From: Lytechinus pictus
Taxonomy: Eukaryota
Reading direction: 5' to 3'
DNA: 64,000 bases
Assembly: GCF_037042905.1 (NCBI RefSeq)
Contig: NC_087252.1
Coordinates: 11,596,001 to 11,660,000 of the forward strand
Program-made: the position numbers and the translations under genes
In this document: piece by piece, positions 1-14,539 of the stretch
How the letters are laid out: each line of letters begins with the position of its first letter
How positions within the stretch are numbered: position 1 is the stretch's first letter
Notes under the pieces: model-generated
What the model saw: the letters and a program-made list of their open reading frames with translations, nothing else
The model's database searches: none
Told to the model about the DNA's origin: nothing

Positions 1-1687
1 AATCGAAATCACGCATAAACGTTCAGACCAATTTCAAAATACATACAATAATACTAGTCTTAAAATATCATACAATCATGCTTAACATTTACAAATATCA
101 TTCAAACAAATATTTCATGAAATTATGGCAATTTGTGGTCCGTAAAGGAACACGTTCCTTACTTTCGTAGAAATCCAATGGAAAGAGATCGCATGGAGGT
201 CTATAATTATCGACGCTGAGGGCAGCATAACAATGTTAGCTTTTCGTTTTTAGCAGTGTTTAGGTCTAAATCTAAAAAAAAAAAATCGGCTCGTATAAAT
301 TGAGGTAGGTTGAAGTTTTCAGATCTAAGTATCAAATAATTTTAATCATTTATTCGATCAGGAATATACCCATCTATTTATGATTACAAAATGTACGTAG
401 AATGTCCAGTAGTCAGTTCTAAATCTAGATAAATAAAATAATAAATGAAATAATTATAATATGAATAAATAGATAAATAAATAAACAAACAAATAAATAA
501 ATAAATAAATAAATAAGTAAGTAAATAAAAAAAAATAAAAAAAAAAAAATATGGAAATCGACTCTCTTGTTTCGTTCGCATGAAAACTACTATTGCCAGT
601 CAAGCAATTTCGTGCTAATAGTAACTGGCCCTTAATTGCATGTATTTTACTTGACTTGATCATATGATTTATATATATAATCAGGGACGTGAGAGCTGGA
701 TCGATCCTATTTTTATGGGGAGGTAACTAACCAAGACGAAAAGTTAGTTGTAGTCTTCAAGCTCGTCGGGGGGGGGGGGGGGGGGGGATAAAGGTCTTCA
801 AGCTGCCCCCCCCCCGTAGGTATACGCTAGTGCCTACGAGCATATCAGTGTCCTCATAATTATGTAATATAAAATGCATGAATTTTTAATGGTTCGCGAA
901 GACTATTTATTTCTTTCTTTCTGGAGCGGGTGTGAAATGATTTGTGTATTCTATGAAGAGTAATCATGCAGGGGGTAAAGTTTAGATGAATAATATCAAA
1001 TCACGAAATTAGATCTATCTCAGTGAATTTGAAAACCACCTTTAGTTCGTGGTTTAAATTATCCATACTAGGCAAATGACCTTTTACTAGCTGCCCGTGA
1101 CTGTGTGCAGTCTAACAAACGAACAAACTTGCCCCCCCCCCTTTTGAGAAGTAAACTTAAAATTTGTAATAAAGTAAAAATGCCATCAAAATAGAGGTGT
1201 ACCCCTCTTTTGAAGTTGAAGACCCCCTGTTTTTGCTTGTCAAGTTTTTTCGGGTATGAAATATCCTTTATTTGTGGTTTAAAATTTTTTTTTTTGCTTG
1301 CTTGTCAAATATTTTCAGGTACAAAATATCCTTAATTTGTGATTGAAAACCTTTTTTTTGCCCCCCCCCCCTTGGAAAATCCTGGATCCGCCCCTGTCTT
1401 ACACCCCCGATCATCATTGGTTGAACTTTACGGCTCATTGTGAAAAAGCAAAGTGAACTAACACAATTATTTCTTCGCCGATCAAGATTTTGTGACCATG
1501 CACTCCAGACTCTAAAATGAATGGGAAATGGATATAGACAAAATGATAGAGGAAAGAGAATAAAAGTGAGAAAATTGACAGGGGAGTGCAAGAAAATTAA
1601 AGCGAAAAATCAAATTGTTATGGTTGACTGCTTTTTAAGTCATTTTCATGGACCGAATGAATAAAAATAATTGTTAGATAAAATATA

Positions 1688-2671
1688 CAGTGCGTATCAA
1701 AAAAAAGTTTACACTTTGAAAAGCCCTGTGAATTAAAAAATATACAACATATGGGTAATTTTTTCACATGTAATCTTGGGTTTGGGTCTCATCTATCCAA
1801 TGAAAGTAAAAGTTTTGACAGAATGTTACACTTGAGTGAGCACTGTCTATTTTTGTAAAGCTCGCAGAAATCTGTTTGCGCAGAAACTCTAATTTTTACG
1901 CTGTGTCAAGAGGAAAGGGCAATATCAAACTTACCCTGCGAAACATTTCTCATACATTTCCCTTGCATTTTAGTCAATTGAAATAAAATGGATACATTCA
2001 AGCATTTTGTAACAATTTTGCCACCCAAATTGAAATTCCAACACTTATATGCACAACCTTTACCCTTTTTGTGCCAGCTGGATCTGAGGACATAGCTGAA
2101 TCTGAACAAAAGCTTATATCATATATCTCCAGCATTTTTTCGCTAAGTTTTTTTTATAATTTAAAGTGGGATTAAGTTCATTTTTCATTTAATACTTGTT
2201 TCTCCACACTATCCCCAAGCTTGACAATGATACAACATGAAAATCAAGCCTAAGCCATTTCATGTAAATCACAGCTCAGTGTAAAGCAAATATCGTCACG
2301 ATGGCCTCGGTGTGTAGGGGAGTGGGTTGGGGCGCAATGCACTCTTCGAAGTGTTTTGGGCAAGGCAACAAGTTTAAAAGGTAAAAGATATCTTCAAATC
2401 ATTTTTACTAGCTAAATTCCACGTGTTCTTCGTGATTAAGGTCTACTTTTATTCGCATAACTATTTCAAAGTTCTGCGCAAATCATTTTTCACTAACTTT
2501 TCAAAAGTAAGTGGTGCTCACTCAAGCGGAAATATTTTTCGACAGTTAAATCGTCATATTTTGTTTAAATGGATCTGTACCAATGTTAAAATGTGGAAAA
2601 ATCTTCAGGATATTACAAACGTATAATTTTACAGGATTTTTTCGTGTAAATTTTTTTTTTGATACGCACTG
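1688..2671. mobile_element. Non-autonomous Tc1/mariner-type element
   Basis: TIR CAGTGCGTATCAAAAAAAA(G)TTTACAC ... GTGTAAATTTTTTTTTTGATACGCACTG; TA on both sides (1686-1687, 2672-2673); no transposase ORF. Confidence 0.85.
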
Positions 2672-3727
2672 TATAACAGCACTATTAATGATATAGGCCT
2701 AATAATAATAATACTAATAATAATAATAACAATAATGATAATGATAATAATAATATAATTATTAATATTATTATTATTAGGATTTATATATAGTGCGCAA
2801 AATGCAATGTCCATTTAATTTAAGCACATTAAAACAAGGAAAAGAGAGAGAGAGAGAGAAAGAGAGGGATAATTAAAAAAGAGGCATATCCTTAGTTTTG
2901 GTAAATCCCCCAAAAGTGTCGATCACGTATAATGCTGCTGCCCTAAATAGATTGTGGTTTGAACGATATTAATGCATGCTCAAATGGCTATGTCAAATCA
3001 AAATATAAATATTTTCGGAAGAGGGCTCTAGATTTAATAAATTCAAATACCAACGACGGGAAAAATAATCTATATTTAAATTCTAACGGGTAAAATCTTA
3101 CCCTAGACTTGATTTTTTTTAATGTAATGTTTTACCCATTAAACTACAACATCATTTCTTCCATCCTGATGATTTGATGAATATTAAGAGGTTAGGAATA
3201 AATCGTAAACTAAAAAAGAAGGCTCATCGTGGGAAACGGGGAGGTTGTAGAAAGCAAAGCAGAATCCCAGTACTTAATGGTATCTCCCAGTTTAGTCTGA
3301 ACAACAAATCTTCTGTGCAGGGAATTAATCATCATAACTTGATTGTTGTTGATACCAATAATAAAAAGGTTCATGAGTCCTGTTTAAAGATATGTTTATG
3401 GAATGCTCAACTCTGTACGTAATAAGACATTCCTACTCAATGATTATATTTCTGAACACGATATTGATGTAATGATTATAACAGAAACATGGCTTCGAGC
3501 AGAAGATCCGGTCGTCATCGCAGAATGCCTTATACCAGCTGGATATGCGGTTGTGAATGCTCCAAGACCAACAGATCCTCATGGCGGCATCGCGGTTATT
3601 TTAAAGTCTCCACTTCAACTACAGCTGAAAATGGATGACTGTCTGACCTATTCTACATTTGAGCTAGCACACGTTGTTAGCAATGCAGGTCAATTGCATT
3701 TCTTGGTAGTCTACCCAGGTAACAAGC

Positions 3728-5345
3728 CAACGTTGGCTCCATGTTGGAAACTTGAAAGTCGTTGGACGTTGGAAAAACTTGATGGATTAACGTTGAATCG
3801 ACGTTGGAAACTAGTTTGATGGAAAGATGATGGACAATCAACAATGACACGACGTTGGCAACATTGGAAACTTGTTAGTTGGAGAGTTGCTGGACAGTCG
3901 ACAATGTCACAACGTTGGAAACACGTTTGATTGGATAGTTGTTGAACAGCCAGCAAAGGCACAACGTTGGCAACGTTGGAAACTAGTTCGCTGGAAAGTT
4001 GTTGAACAATCAACAATGACACAACGTTGGCAACGTTGGAAACTTGTTAGTTGGAGAGTTGTTGGACAGTCGACAATGTCACAACGTTGGAAACACGTTT
4101 GATTGGATAGTTGTTGAACAGCCAGCAAAGGCACAACGTTGGCAACGTTGGAAACTAGTTCGCTGGAAAGTTGTTGAACAATCAACAATGACACGACGTT
4201 GGCAACGTTGGAAACTTGTTAGTTGGAGAGTTGTTGGACAGTCGACAATGGCACAACGTTGACAAAGTTGGAAACTAGTTTGTTGGAGATTTGTTGGACG
4301 GTCGACAATGGCACAACGTTGGAGACTAGTAAGTTGGAGAGTTGTTGGACAGTCGACAATGTCACAACGTTGGAGACACGTTTGATTGGATAGTTGTTGA
4401 CAGCCAGCAAAGGCACAACGTTGGCAACGTTGGAAACTAGTTCGCTGGAAAGTTGTTGAACAATCAACAATGACACGACGTTGGCAACGTTGGAAACTTG
4501 TTAGTTGGAGAGTTGTTGGACAGTCGACAATGGCACAACAATGGAAAGTAGTAGGTTGGAGATTAGTTGGATAGTCGACGATGACACAAGGTTGGCAACG
4601 TTGGAAACTAGTTCGATGGAAAGTTGTTGAACAACCAACTATGGCACAACGTTGTCAAAGCTAGAAATTAGTTCGATGGAGATTTGTTGGATAGTCGACG
4701 ATGGCACAACGTTGGAAACTGGTAGATTGGACTTGGAGATTAGTTAGATAGTATACAATGACACAACGTTGATAAAGCTGGAAACTAGTTAGATGGGAGG
4801 TTGTTGAACAACTGACACTGGCACAACGTTGGAAACTGGTAGAGTGGAGATCAGTAGAATAGTCGACGATGACACAACGTTGGCAACGTTGGAAAGTTGT
4901 TGAACAACAGACAATGGCACAACATTTGAAACTAGTGTGTTGGAGATTTGTTGGACAGCCAACAACGTCACAACGTTGGAAACGCGTGTTTGATTGGATA
5001 GGTGTTGAACAGCCAATAAAGGCACAGCGTTGACTACGTCGGAAACTAGTTCGATGGAGAGTTGCTGAACAACCGACAAAGGAACAACGTTGGAAACTAT
5101 TTTCTTGGAGATTTGTTGGACAGTCGACAATGGCACAACGTTGACAAAGTTGGAAACTAGTTTGATGGAGAGTTGTTGAACAACGGACAATGGCACAACG
5201 TGGACAGCGTAATTGGAATAGTTTATTGGAGAGTTGTTGACAGTTAACATTGACACAATGTTGGAAACTATAGTTTGTTGGATATTTGTTTGACATTCAA
5301 CATAATATCCCGGCATAATATACACAGTGTTGAGAACGTTAGAAA
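3728..5345. repeat. Subterminal minisatellite built on palindromic CAACGTTG, with a 172-bp higher-order unit
   Basis: Dozens of CAACGTTGG copies; near-identical ORFs start at 3872 and 4044 (172 bp apart); related arrays at 8160-8345 and 8785-9320. Confidence 0.9.
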
Positions 5346-6340
5346 CTGGTTCATTGGAGAATTGATAATGATATACAGACGACTACTCGCATAATTTCCA
5401 ATGGGGCCAAGGGGGGGGGGGTCGATCAAGTAAGTTTGCTTGTCTATCCATGTCACCCTTGGTATCCCCCAGCAATAAGGGGAAAAGAGATCGAGAGAGA
5501 AGGAAAATAATGGGAAGGGAAAGAGGAACTAAAACTAAGTCTAAGGGGAAAACAAAAATAAAGATGGGGTAGAATAGAGAGGCTGCATGCACCGGGGGAT
5601 GCAAATGTGTCGATAAATATAGAAAATAAAGGAGAAAAACAAGAAAAAAAATGTAGTTTAAGACCAGAATTTCCAGAAACGCCCTCGTCCTTTGCAGCTG
5701 GCTAGGCCTTTCACAGTAAGTACGAGATATGTCATAGGCCTACCGTCACATAACTAGAAGAAATTGAAGAAGGAAATACAAGCATCAAATGTGCCTATTT
5801 AAAAATACCATACTATTCTGATGCGCAGAATTAGTCGCGACTTCGGACTCTTTCTGTCATGTCTGTGTAGTCTGCTTCCTTCAATTTTGAACTTGAAGAA
5901 TCTGGCAGAATTTGGACTGGATATAGTGGATATAGACAATTAAATTCCAGAATATCTAGTGATCTGGAACAGTACTTATAAGCTGCATATTTAGGACCTA
6001 CAATCTACAGTGGAATTTTCTTTGCACTTGCAGATAATCGGTAACTGCAACCATGCATTGATCCCCTCCGAAAGATCACGGACTCCGGAGTCAGCTTCTG
6101 TGCGCGTACAGTCCGACGCTAGGATATTCGTGTAAGTAGTAGTAAAGTAGTACTTAACACCAGTCACTGCACAGTATAACATACTAACTAACCTCGTAAT
6201 TAGCTTGTGTGAGTGACTAATACTAACCTCGCAATACGTGTGAGTGGGAACGAGTATGCGATACCAAGGGCAAGGCAACAGTCATTGGACATGTTGGATG
6301 ATTTTCAAGTACAGTGTTGAAATCTGGACTGGTGTTGGTG

Positions 6341-6976
6341 TAACCCGGGAGCTCCGGCCCGCGCAGCGGGCCGGAGCCCAGGGGCTTACCGTGTAATTCA
6401 CCATACCCACGGTAGTAGCGTGAAGTATGGTCTAAATAATTATCCGAATAAATAGTTAAAACAGAAATTAAGCACTTACCACGATTATATGGATGAAGGT
6501 CTAACGAGTGGCAGCTTCCTGACATCGAGGCACAGACTGGAACCTCAAAAAACGAAAAGTTCTGTCGCGGTAGCTCTTCTCGTTCAGAATTCAAAACAAA
6601 ATGGCCGATTGAGACCGAGGCTAATAGCACTAGCGCATATAGACTTTTGTCAAATTCGCGCATGCGCCCTACACCCTCGGTACCGGTCTCGAACGGCCAT
6701 TTTATTGCTATGAATTCTGAAAGAAGGAGAGCTACCAATTCAAGACAGAACCTTTCGTTTTTTGAGATTCCAGTGTGTGCCTCAATGTCAGGAAGCTGCC
6801 ACTCGTTAGCTAGACCTTCATCAATATAATCGTGGTAAGTGCTTAATTTCTGTTTTAACTATTTATTCGGATAATTATTTAGACCATACTTCACGCTACT
6901 ACCGTGGGTATGGTGAATTACACGGTAAGCCCCTGGGCTCTGGCCCGCTGAGCGGGCCGCGGAGCTCCCTGGGTTA
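6341..6976. mobile_element. Foldback MITE with 9-bp TSD (Academ- or Mutator-like)
   Basis: TAACCC...GGGTTA termini; >220-bp TIRs and a partly palindromic centre; GTGTTGGTG duplicated at 6332-6340 and 6977-6985. Confidence 0.85.
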
Positions 6977-9900
6977 GTGTTGGTGTTGTGACAACACCGT
7001 ACTTGAATCAGGCTGGTGTTGAGATTGACCTCGGAAAATATGGTGTATTTCCGGCAGTTTGTGTTGAAGGCTGGTGTTGATTGTCATCTGCTGAACCCAA
7101 CACTGCACTGTGGCTGCATGGTGTTGATGATCTACAAGCAATTTCCCCATTCAGCAACACCGACCCCCAGGGATTGGGAGAATCGTGATTTAAAGTTCAG
7201 TGTTGGTGTTGATGAACTGTAGCTCACGAACAGGGGGCGAACACGACGAACCATCTCCGTAAAATTATCTTTTACATTTAAGATGAGAGCAAATCATTAG
7301 AGTTTTAATACATTTCAATGAAAAAATAATATTACGCTTGATGTTGGAGCTCAGTTCAGCAGCCTAGCTTTCACGCTCTCAACACCGTACACCGTACTTG
7401 AAATCACCCAATGACTTGCTACCTGGCATTCCTGCCTTATGTATTATACGCTGCCTTGAATTCACCTGGTCGGTCCTGCCTGGCCTAGCCAGGACCGAGT
7501 GTTTTCCAACTGCAGTCAAACCTGTAGTTGCTATGTGAGGCATGCTACACTTGACGCTGAAATATCATTTAATAGTTATGGCACGAGCGAGACTAGGCCA
7601 TGGCCATGCATATTGAGATATCAGTTGACTTCTATCTTAATCTAAAAGAGGCACTCTTTAGTTACAGTAGGCAGTAGCTACGTTACTCTGAGTGAGGCCA
7701 AGTTACGCGATCTCCTTTTTAGATTTTGTAAATACTGAGAGACTGCAATTACACATGTGAGTTTTTGTGATGATTACTGACGTTGCAATTGGCATTGCAT
7801 ACCGAGTCATTAAACAATTGTAGACAGAAACAGAGATTGCAACTCGCAAGAAAATGTAATACATCTTAATTCTTATTACATATGCATATGTTTTTTTGGT
7901 ATTAGTCTTGTTTGAGAAAAAGAGGATGTCAAAAAAGTTTGAATGCTACAAAGGCCTCAATAAATATCACACGTAATTCTCTTGATTCCTCTTAATGATG
8001 TGAAGAGACTTGTAACAGAAAGAATGAAAAGAAATGAATAGATGTAATAATAGTTGTAATGTTTTTTGATAGAATCATGAACAGGTTACAGATGATGATG
8101 GCACAGTGTTGAAAACTGTTTGATGGAGATGGCGCATCGTTGGATTTGTTTAAAATTAGACCAACAAAGAATCAACGTTACAACAACATTTAACCGATAT
8201 TAGACAAACATTGAATCAACGTTTACGCCAACGTTGGACTAACATTGGACTAAAGTTGAATCAACTTTCCATCAACATTGGACCAACATTATACCAACGT
8301 TGGATCAACGTCACCCAACGTTGGACCAACATTGGACCAACGCTGCCATACCTGCCTCATCTGGACAATAATTATGCACTCATGAATATTCATTACATCA
8401 GTAAATGACCAAAATTTTAGGTAATATTGCTATAATAATTAGAGTATTTATGTTTATTCAATATTTCCACCATGAAAAGTTTCAGAAAAGTATGTGGCTC
8501 CATTACCATATCATTTATAATCAAAACATATTATTCTAAGTGAAATATTCAAGGTTAAGTGTGGAAAATGATATTAAGTGTATTCTGCCAAGTATAGCAA
8601 AGTTGCTCTATATATAGGAGTCAATGACAGGATACAGTGGATAGGTGTAGGATGATAGGAATAGGTTATAGGATTAGGATGTAGGATTTTAGGATAGGAT
8701 AAGACATGATGATAATGATTAGAGTGTAGAGTTGTAATGGTGGACTTCACCTTGAAACCAATTAATGTTTTGTTAATTACTGCCTTACGTTGGAATAACG
8801 TTGAAGCAATGTTGGAGCAACGTTGTGACAACGTTGTAACAATGTTGGAGCAATGTTGCCAGACAACGTTGCAGCATTGTTGCTGGACAGCGTTGAACCA
8901 ACGTTGTAAACATAGTTGGACTGACGATGTATGCAAGTGCACGTCCATCGCTACTTCAACGTTGCCCATCAACGTTGCAGCAACGCTGTTATTGATGACT
9001 CAGCCGACATTATACCAACGTTGGAGCATTGATGGTGGACAACGTTGAACTGACGTTGGAAATGTTGTTGGTCTGACGATGTATGGACGTGCACTTCTAT
9101 CGATGATGCAACGTTGCTTACCAACGTTGTAGCAATGTTGTATTTGACTATTTAACCAACATTGGATCAACGTTGCCAGACAACGTTGAAACATTGTTGC
9201 TGGACAACGTTGAACTGACGTTGGAAATGTTGTTGGTCTGACGATGTATGCGCGTGCACTTCTATCGATGATGCAACGTTGGGAAAAAATTTCCCAACGT
9301 TGATCCAACGTTGGTCCAACGCTGTATTGTTACCTGGTTACCGACCACCACCTTCTGTGCAGAATCAGCTCCGTACAGCAGATTTTCTTCAAGAAACTGC
9401 TGAGATATCACGATTGGCTGGGCTAGTTCTTCTTCTTGGGGACTTTAACATTCACGTCGATAAACCTTCAAATGTAGCTCAGTTCCTATCCATCATAGAA
9501 TCTGCTAGCTTGGTTCAACATGTCATCGGAGCTAGCATGGGTCACACTTTGGACCTTAATTGTAATGACCAGAGAAAACATGATAGTAATCATCAAGGAC
9601 AATCCTCTGCAGACATCTGTCCTACCCGTCATGGCTGCATCATTGAAGACATTGTAATTCATCATAGTCTCATGTCTGATCATCACTGCATCCGATTTGT
9701 ACTCAGGTATCCTCGGCAGATCCTCGGCCGGTGGTGAAGAAAGTTAAGCGGACTTTCAGGAACTTCAAGGAAATGGACATCGAAGGATTTAGTGAGGCAC
9801 TGATTGACAAACTCAATGACTTGTCCTCGGCTGGTGATGTTGATTCAGTTCTTACTGCGTATAACACATCTGTAGCAGCCTGCGTTAATGAGTTTGCTCC

Positions 9901-10645
9901 TCAGAAATCATGTCTCCGCTCCACAAGGGTTCGCAATCCTTGGTTCAATGAGGAAATCCTTACTGCGCGTCGAGAAAGAAGACGGATTGAACGGAAATGG
10001 ACCAAAAGTTCTTCAGACACTGATCACACATCTTTTAAGCTAGCTAACAAGCATGTTAACGACCTCATAGTTAAGGCTAAGCAAAAATACTATACGGAGT
10101 TACTCTGTAAAAGCCAATGTCAAAACAGTTTTAATGTTGTTAATAATCTGCTCCACAAGAATGTTAAATTTCTCCCTGTGTATGATAATCCTCGTGATCT
10201 AGCAAATCGTTTTTCTTTGTTCTTTGTCAAGAAGATAAGTGATATCGGCAACAATGTCACAAATACACCTGAACCAAGAAGTGTAGATGAAGTCAGTTCT
10301 TTTCATGAAAGTATGTTGAATTGTTTTGAGGTTGTCAGTGAGGATAATATCAAACGCATTGTGAGTAATATGTCTAATGCCACTTCTTTAACAGATTCTC
10401 AACCTACTTGGCTTTTGAAAAAACTTGTCAATTGCAATATTCCTGCTCTGACCTCTATTGTAAACAGCTCATTATCATCGGGTACATTTCCAGATGGTGT
10501 TCATCAGGCTATATAGTTACACCAATAATCAAGAAAAACAATCTGAATAAAGACACAATATGTAATTATCATGATTATAGGCCTGTTAGTAATATTTCAC
10601 ATATTGCTAAAGTGATAGAAAAGGTAGTATCAATTCAACTAACAG

Positions 10646-10790
10646 GGGCCTGTTGCAGAAAGAGTTGCAATCAATTGCAACTCTAAAAATCATGCGCAAC
10701 TTGATTTTCAACCAATCAACAGCGTGCATTTTTGACTTACGATTGATTTTTTTACTTGCGTTTAAACGCAACTCTTTCTGCAACAGGCCC
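10646..10790. mobile_element. PIF/Harbinger-type MITE (145 bp)
   Basis: TIR GGGCCTGTTGCAGAAAGAGTTGC; CAG TSD (10643-10645, 10791-10793); removal restores the L2 frame QLT-EHVNDNGLNDPMQSAYR. Confidence 0.9.
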
Positions 10791-11028
10791 CAGAACACGT
10801 AAATGATAATGGTTTAAACGATCCAATGCAGTCAGCATATAGATCCTATTTCAGCACTGAGACAGCCCTTTTGAAATTGCAGAATGATGTTCTGTCATAT
10901 TTTGATCAGCATAAGTGTGTTTTCTTAGTCTCATTGGACCTAAGTGCAGCTTTTGACACTGTGGATCATACCATACTACTGAATCGCTTAAAATCTCGAT
11001 TTCACATATCTGGTCATGCTCTTAATGG

Positions 11029-11029
11029 T

Positions 11030-11060
<31 letters not shown>

Positions 11061-12764
11061 TTTCTGATATTTTGACAGGGTAGCCCATTCACCAATAAGT
11101 AGTGGTCTTCCTTGGGGCCCTGAATAACAATAAACATATTTACAAAATGCATAACGTTTGTACAGAATGTTACGGCATTACTATTCACATTAGGATTTGA
11201 ATGTAAAACGAAACATTAACAAACTTAGCAGCAAACAAAACGCAGACGGGCACTCGTTTGACGTATAATCAAATATCAATAAATCAAATTAACTAAGAAG
11301 GACATCTTGAAAATACTGATAATATACACCAGATCATCAAGATCATGCTAACACAAAATACGCACAACAGTGGATGTTCCGCAAGTTATTTATAAATTAC
11401 AAGTTCTTCTATTAATTCTCTTAAATGAAATGACAGAAGGAGCTGTTCTAATTGAATTATCAAGCTTATTCCATTCAAATATTGAAGATACGATTGGACT
11501 ACACTTATAACAATCAGTGCGAAACTTGGGCACACGTAAATATCCCCTGTCTCTCTGTCTGGTATGATATTCATGTACATCATTTGGACTGGTTAAGTTT
11601 ACCTGAAGGTAAGAAGGTGCTAAATTATGAACACATTTATATATCATCAAAACGCGACTGAGCTCAAATCGTTTGTCTAGTGTCATCCATTTAAGACTTG
11701 TGAACAAATCAGCCGACGGTTTGTCGTATGTCTTGTTCAATATTATTCTTGCAGCCCTCTTCTGAATTTTTTGCAGCTTAATTGTATGGGATTGAAATCT
11801 ATTCGACCATACAGCAGAACAGTAATCAAATCTTGGCAACACTAAACTGTTATCCTGGTTATAAAGCAACTTTAAGGACTGCACAGGCAAAGAACTTTTC
11901 GCTCTCTTTATTATGCCAATACTTTTCTGAGTAAGTTTACATACATTTTCAATTTGTTTTGACCATTTCAGTTCTTCATCTATCAAAACTCCTAAGCATT
12001 TGGTGAATTGAACTCTATTTATCAAATCACCGTTTAACGAAATCGTGAAAGAATCTATTTTCCTGAGATTAGCACGAGTACCTAATATCATGACACAGGT
12101 TTTTTCAGTGTTGAGGACGAGCTGATTATCTTTAATCCATGCCATGACCTTGTTTAATGCAACAGTTAATTTTTATTTCAAAACTGTCGCATCATTCGCA
12201 CTGACGGTAAGTGTCGTGTCGTCAGCGTACATATCTATGATACCTTCATGAATACATTCAGGTAAACTATTAACATATATTGAAAATAAAAGGGGACCTA
12301 GAATTGACCCTTGTGGCACGCCTAATTTGACGATTGAAGGGTGCGATTTGGCTCCTTTGAATTGTGTCACTTGTTGTCGATCAAATAAATATGATTTGAA
12401 CCAAGTGATAGTCCTATTACTACAACCAATGCAAGCTAATTTCTTTAAAAGCAGCTCATGTGCCACGGTATCAAAGGCCTTCCGAAGATCTATGAACGCA
12501 ACTCCAGAAATTAAATTGTTATCAATGTTTAACGACCACTGATTTACAAGTTTTGCAAGGGCAGTAGTTGTTGAATGCATTGGCCGAAAACCAGATTGAT
12601 TTGGGTGTAATAAATCATTCACGTCCAAGAATTCACTTAGCTGTTGGTGAACAGCCCTTTCAAAAATTTTATTCACGATATAGAAATGGGGCGGTAATTA
12701 TTCAACGAAGACATATCACCAGATTTAAATATTGGTACTACCCGAGCTTTTTTCCATTCACGTC
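11029..12764 (-). mobile_element. 5'-truncated CR1-group LINE (RT and C-terminal part of ORF2)
   Basis: EWKKARVVPIFK..NYRPISI; QSGFRPMHST; IDLRKAFDTV; GVPQGSILGP; MYADDTT; PRFDYCSAVW. ORFs 12173-12676 and 11390-12145 are separated by a frameshift; (TAAA)n tail at 11029-11062. Confidence 0.92.
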
Positions 12765-12768
12765 TTAA

Positions 12769-13027
12769 GTTACGTTAGTGGAATGACACTGTATATCACT
12801 GAGATGGACACATGACTGATTGAACTCTCAAATAACAAGTTTATTAACAACAATTCGGAGCCGTAGTTCTTACATCTCGGTCAGGGGCGTCGATCCATTT
12901 TTCAGATGGGGGGGGGGGGGGCAAAATCATAAATCAACGTTCCAAAGGCGTTCGATCACACATAATGAACAAACCACCCCCACACACACATAGGCCTATA
13001 TATATATATATATATATGTAGGCCTAC

Positions 13028-13114
<87 letters not shown>

Positions 13115-13741
13115 TGTACATGATTCATGAGAAAGAGACACATATCTCACCAACAAATTAATATGCGAGCGCGAAGCGCGAGCTGAAATTTTTTAGTATA
13201 CTGACCTGGAAACGGGAAAAAGGTACCTGTTTAGGACTTTTTGTAGTAACTCATGAGGACGACATGTATCTCACTAACAGATAATGAGAGTGCTGAGAGC
13301 GAGCCGAAATTTATTTATATTCTGACCTGAAAGCTTAATATTCTAAGCGTTTTGAGTACCAATAATTAAGATGGGTATTTAAATGAACAATAGATGCGAG
13401 CGCGAGCTGAAAAATGTTATATTCCAATTTGAAAAGCAGACATTTTGAGCACGATTTTAGATAAAGAACGAGTTGTGTATTTCAATCTCGCTTGCTGATT
13501 TCTGTGTAACATTATAATCTCATTATTTTATTTTTGCACATGCAGAATTATTGGGGGGGGGGGCAAAACGATATGTTTGCCCCCCCAATATTTTCATTGG
13601 TGGGGCGATCGCCCCCTCCCTGCCCCCCCCCCCAGGATCGACGCCTCTGATCTCGGTTACATGTTGCGTTGCCTAGAAACCCCTAGCAACAACTTAGCAA
13701 CCACGCGCATGCGTAAACATATATCATATCATAACATGACA
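12769..13741 (-). repeat. 3' LTR of the Gypsy element, split by a hAT MITE, outer end missing
   Basis: 12769-12881 plus 13658-13741 match 28278-28489; the terminal TGTAAA is absent at the CR1 junction. Confidence 0.88.
12882..13649. mobile_element. hAT-type MITE, family A
   Basis: TIR CAGGGGCGTCGATCC / GGATCGACGCCTCTG; 8-bp TSD ATCTCGGT (12874-12881, 13650-13657). Confidence 0.92.
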
Positions 13742-14539
13742 TCCCCCTTCTTTAAAGAAGCATGAAAATTACAGAAAAAAATGTTCACTGTAAACTTTTA
13801 GCCAGAAGCAGAACAGTACATAATATTGCAAATCAGGATCAGTTTAGAATTCAAGATGAAATAATCAACTCTGTCCAGTTTAATGTGTGATCTAAATATT
13901 TCTTCCAGCCTTATAACATTGTAAAAAAATTGTCTAATAGTATAAATGGACACTGGCTGCAATTTTGAAATCAATAAATGGTTTTTCACTGACACAGTCA
14001 AAAATTCACAATAGAAACATGTTTTGAAATTGCAATTGGAATTACATCAGCAAACTTTGTACAAATCAAAGAAATTGCAACCTAAAACTATCCTTGATGC
14101 CATGTGAACAGCAAAGTTAGCACCAGAACAGATAGCCATATACTATATCAATATACACACCTGGCAAACTGAAAAGAACAGGAAATATACATACATATAT
14201 ACATCTGACAATCTCGAAATACTGTTTGTCCAGTATATATTTTCCAACAATTTTAACATGTCAGCAATAAATGGCTTTATTTTGTAACTGTATTATAAAA
14301 ATCTGCCAGTATGAATTCTATATGAAGTTAATGTGGATTAAGAACGATCTTCACACAATATTCATGTATTATTATATTGATGATGAATACTCATCAAAAC
14401 CTGTAACCAAATCAATGTATCATTTGTAATGATTCATTCCATCAAATGCCTGTTAAAAGAAAACCGATGGAAAAGTGAAAAAATAAGAAAAAAAACCTCT
14501 CATACTTGTTTCAGTCTTTTGTCTGACAAGAGTATTTGT

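Larger units (their letters stand above)
3714..9338. mobile_element. Non-autonomous CMC/EnSpm-like DNA transposon with CCC terminus and CAACGTTG subterminal arrays
   Basis: Left end CCCAGGTAACAAGCCAACGTTGG vs reverse complement of right end ACCAGGTAACAATACAGCGTTGG (19/23). TA duplication at 3712-3713 and 9339-9340. Removal restores the L2 frame VVY-RPPPS. Superfamily is inferred from the termini and 2-bp TSD. Confidence 0.85.

Noticed and set aside
3728..5345. CRISPR-like look of the CAACGTTG arrays, and the ORFs over them
   Set aside because: Spacers are themselves repeated, there are no cas genes and the context is eukaryotic; these are transposon subterminal repeats
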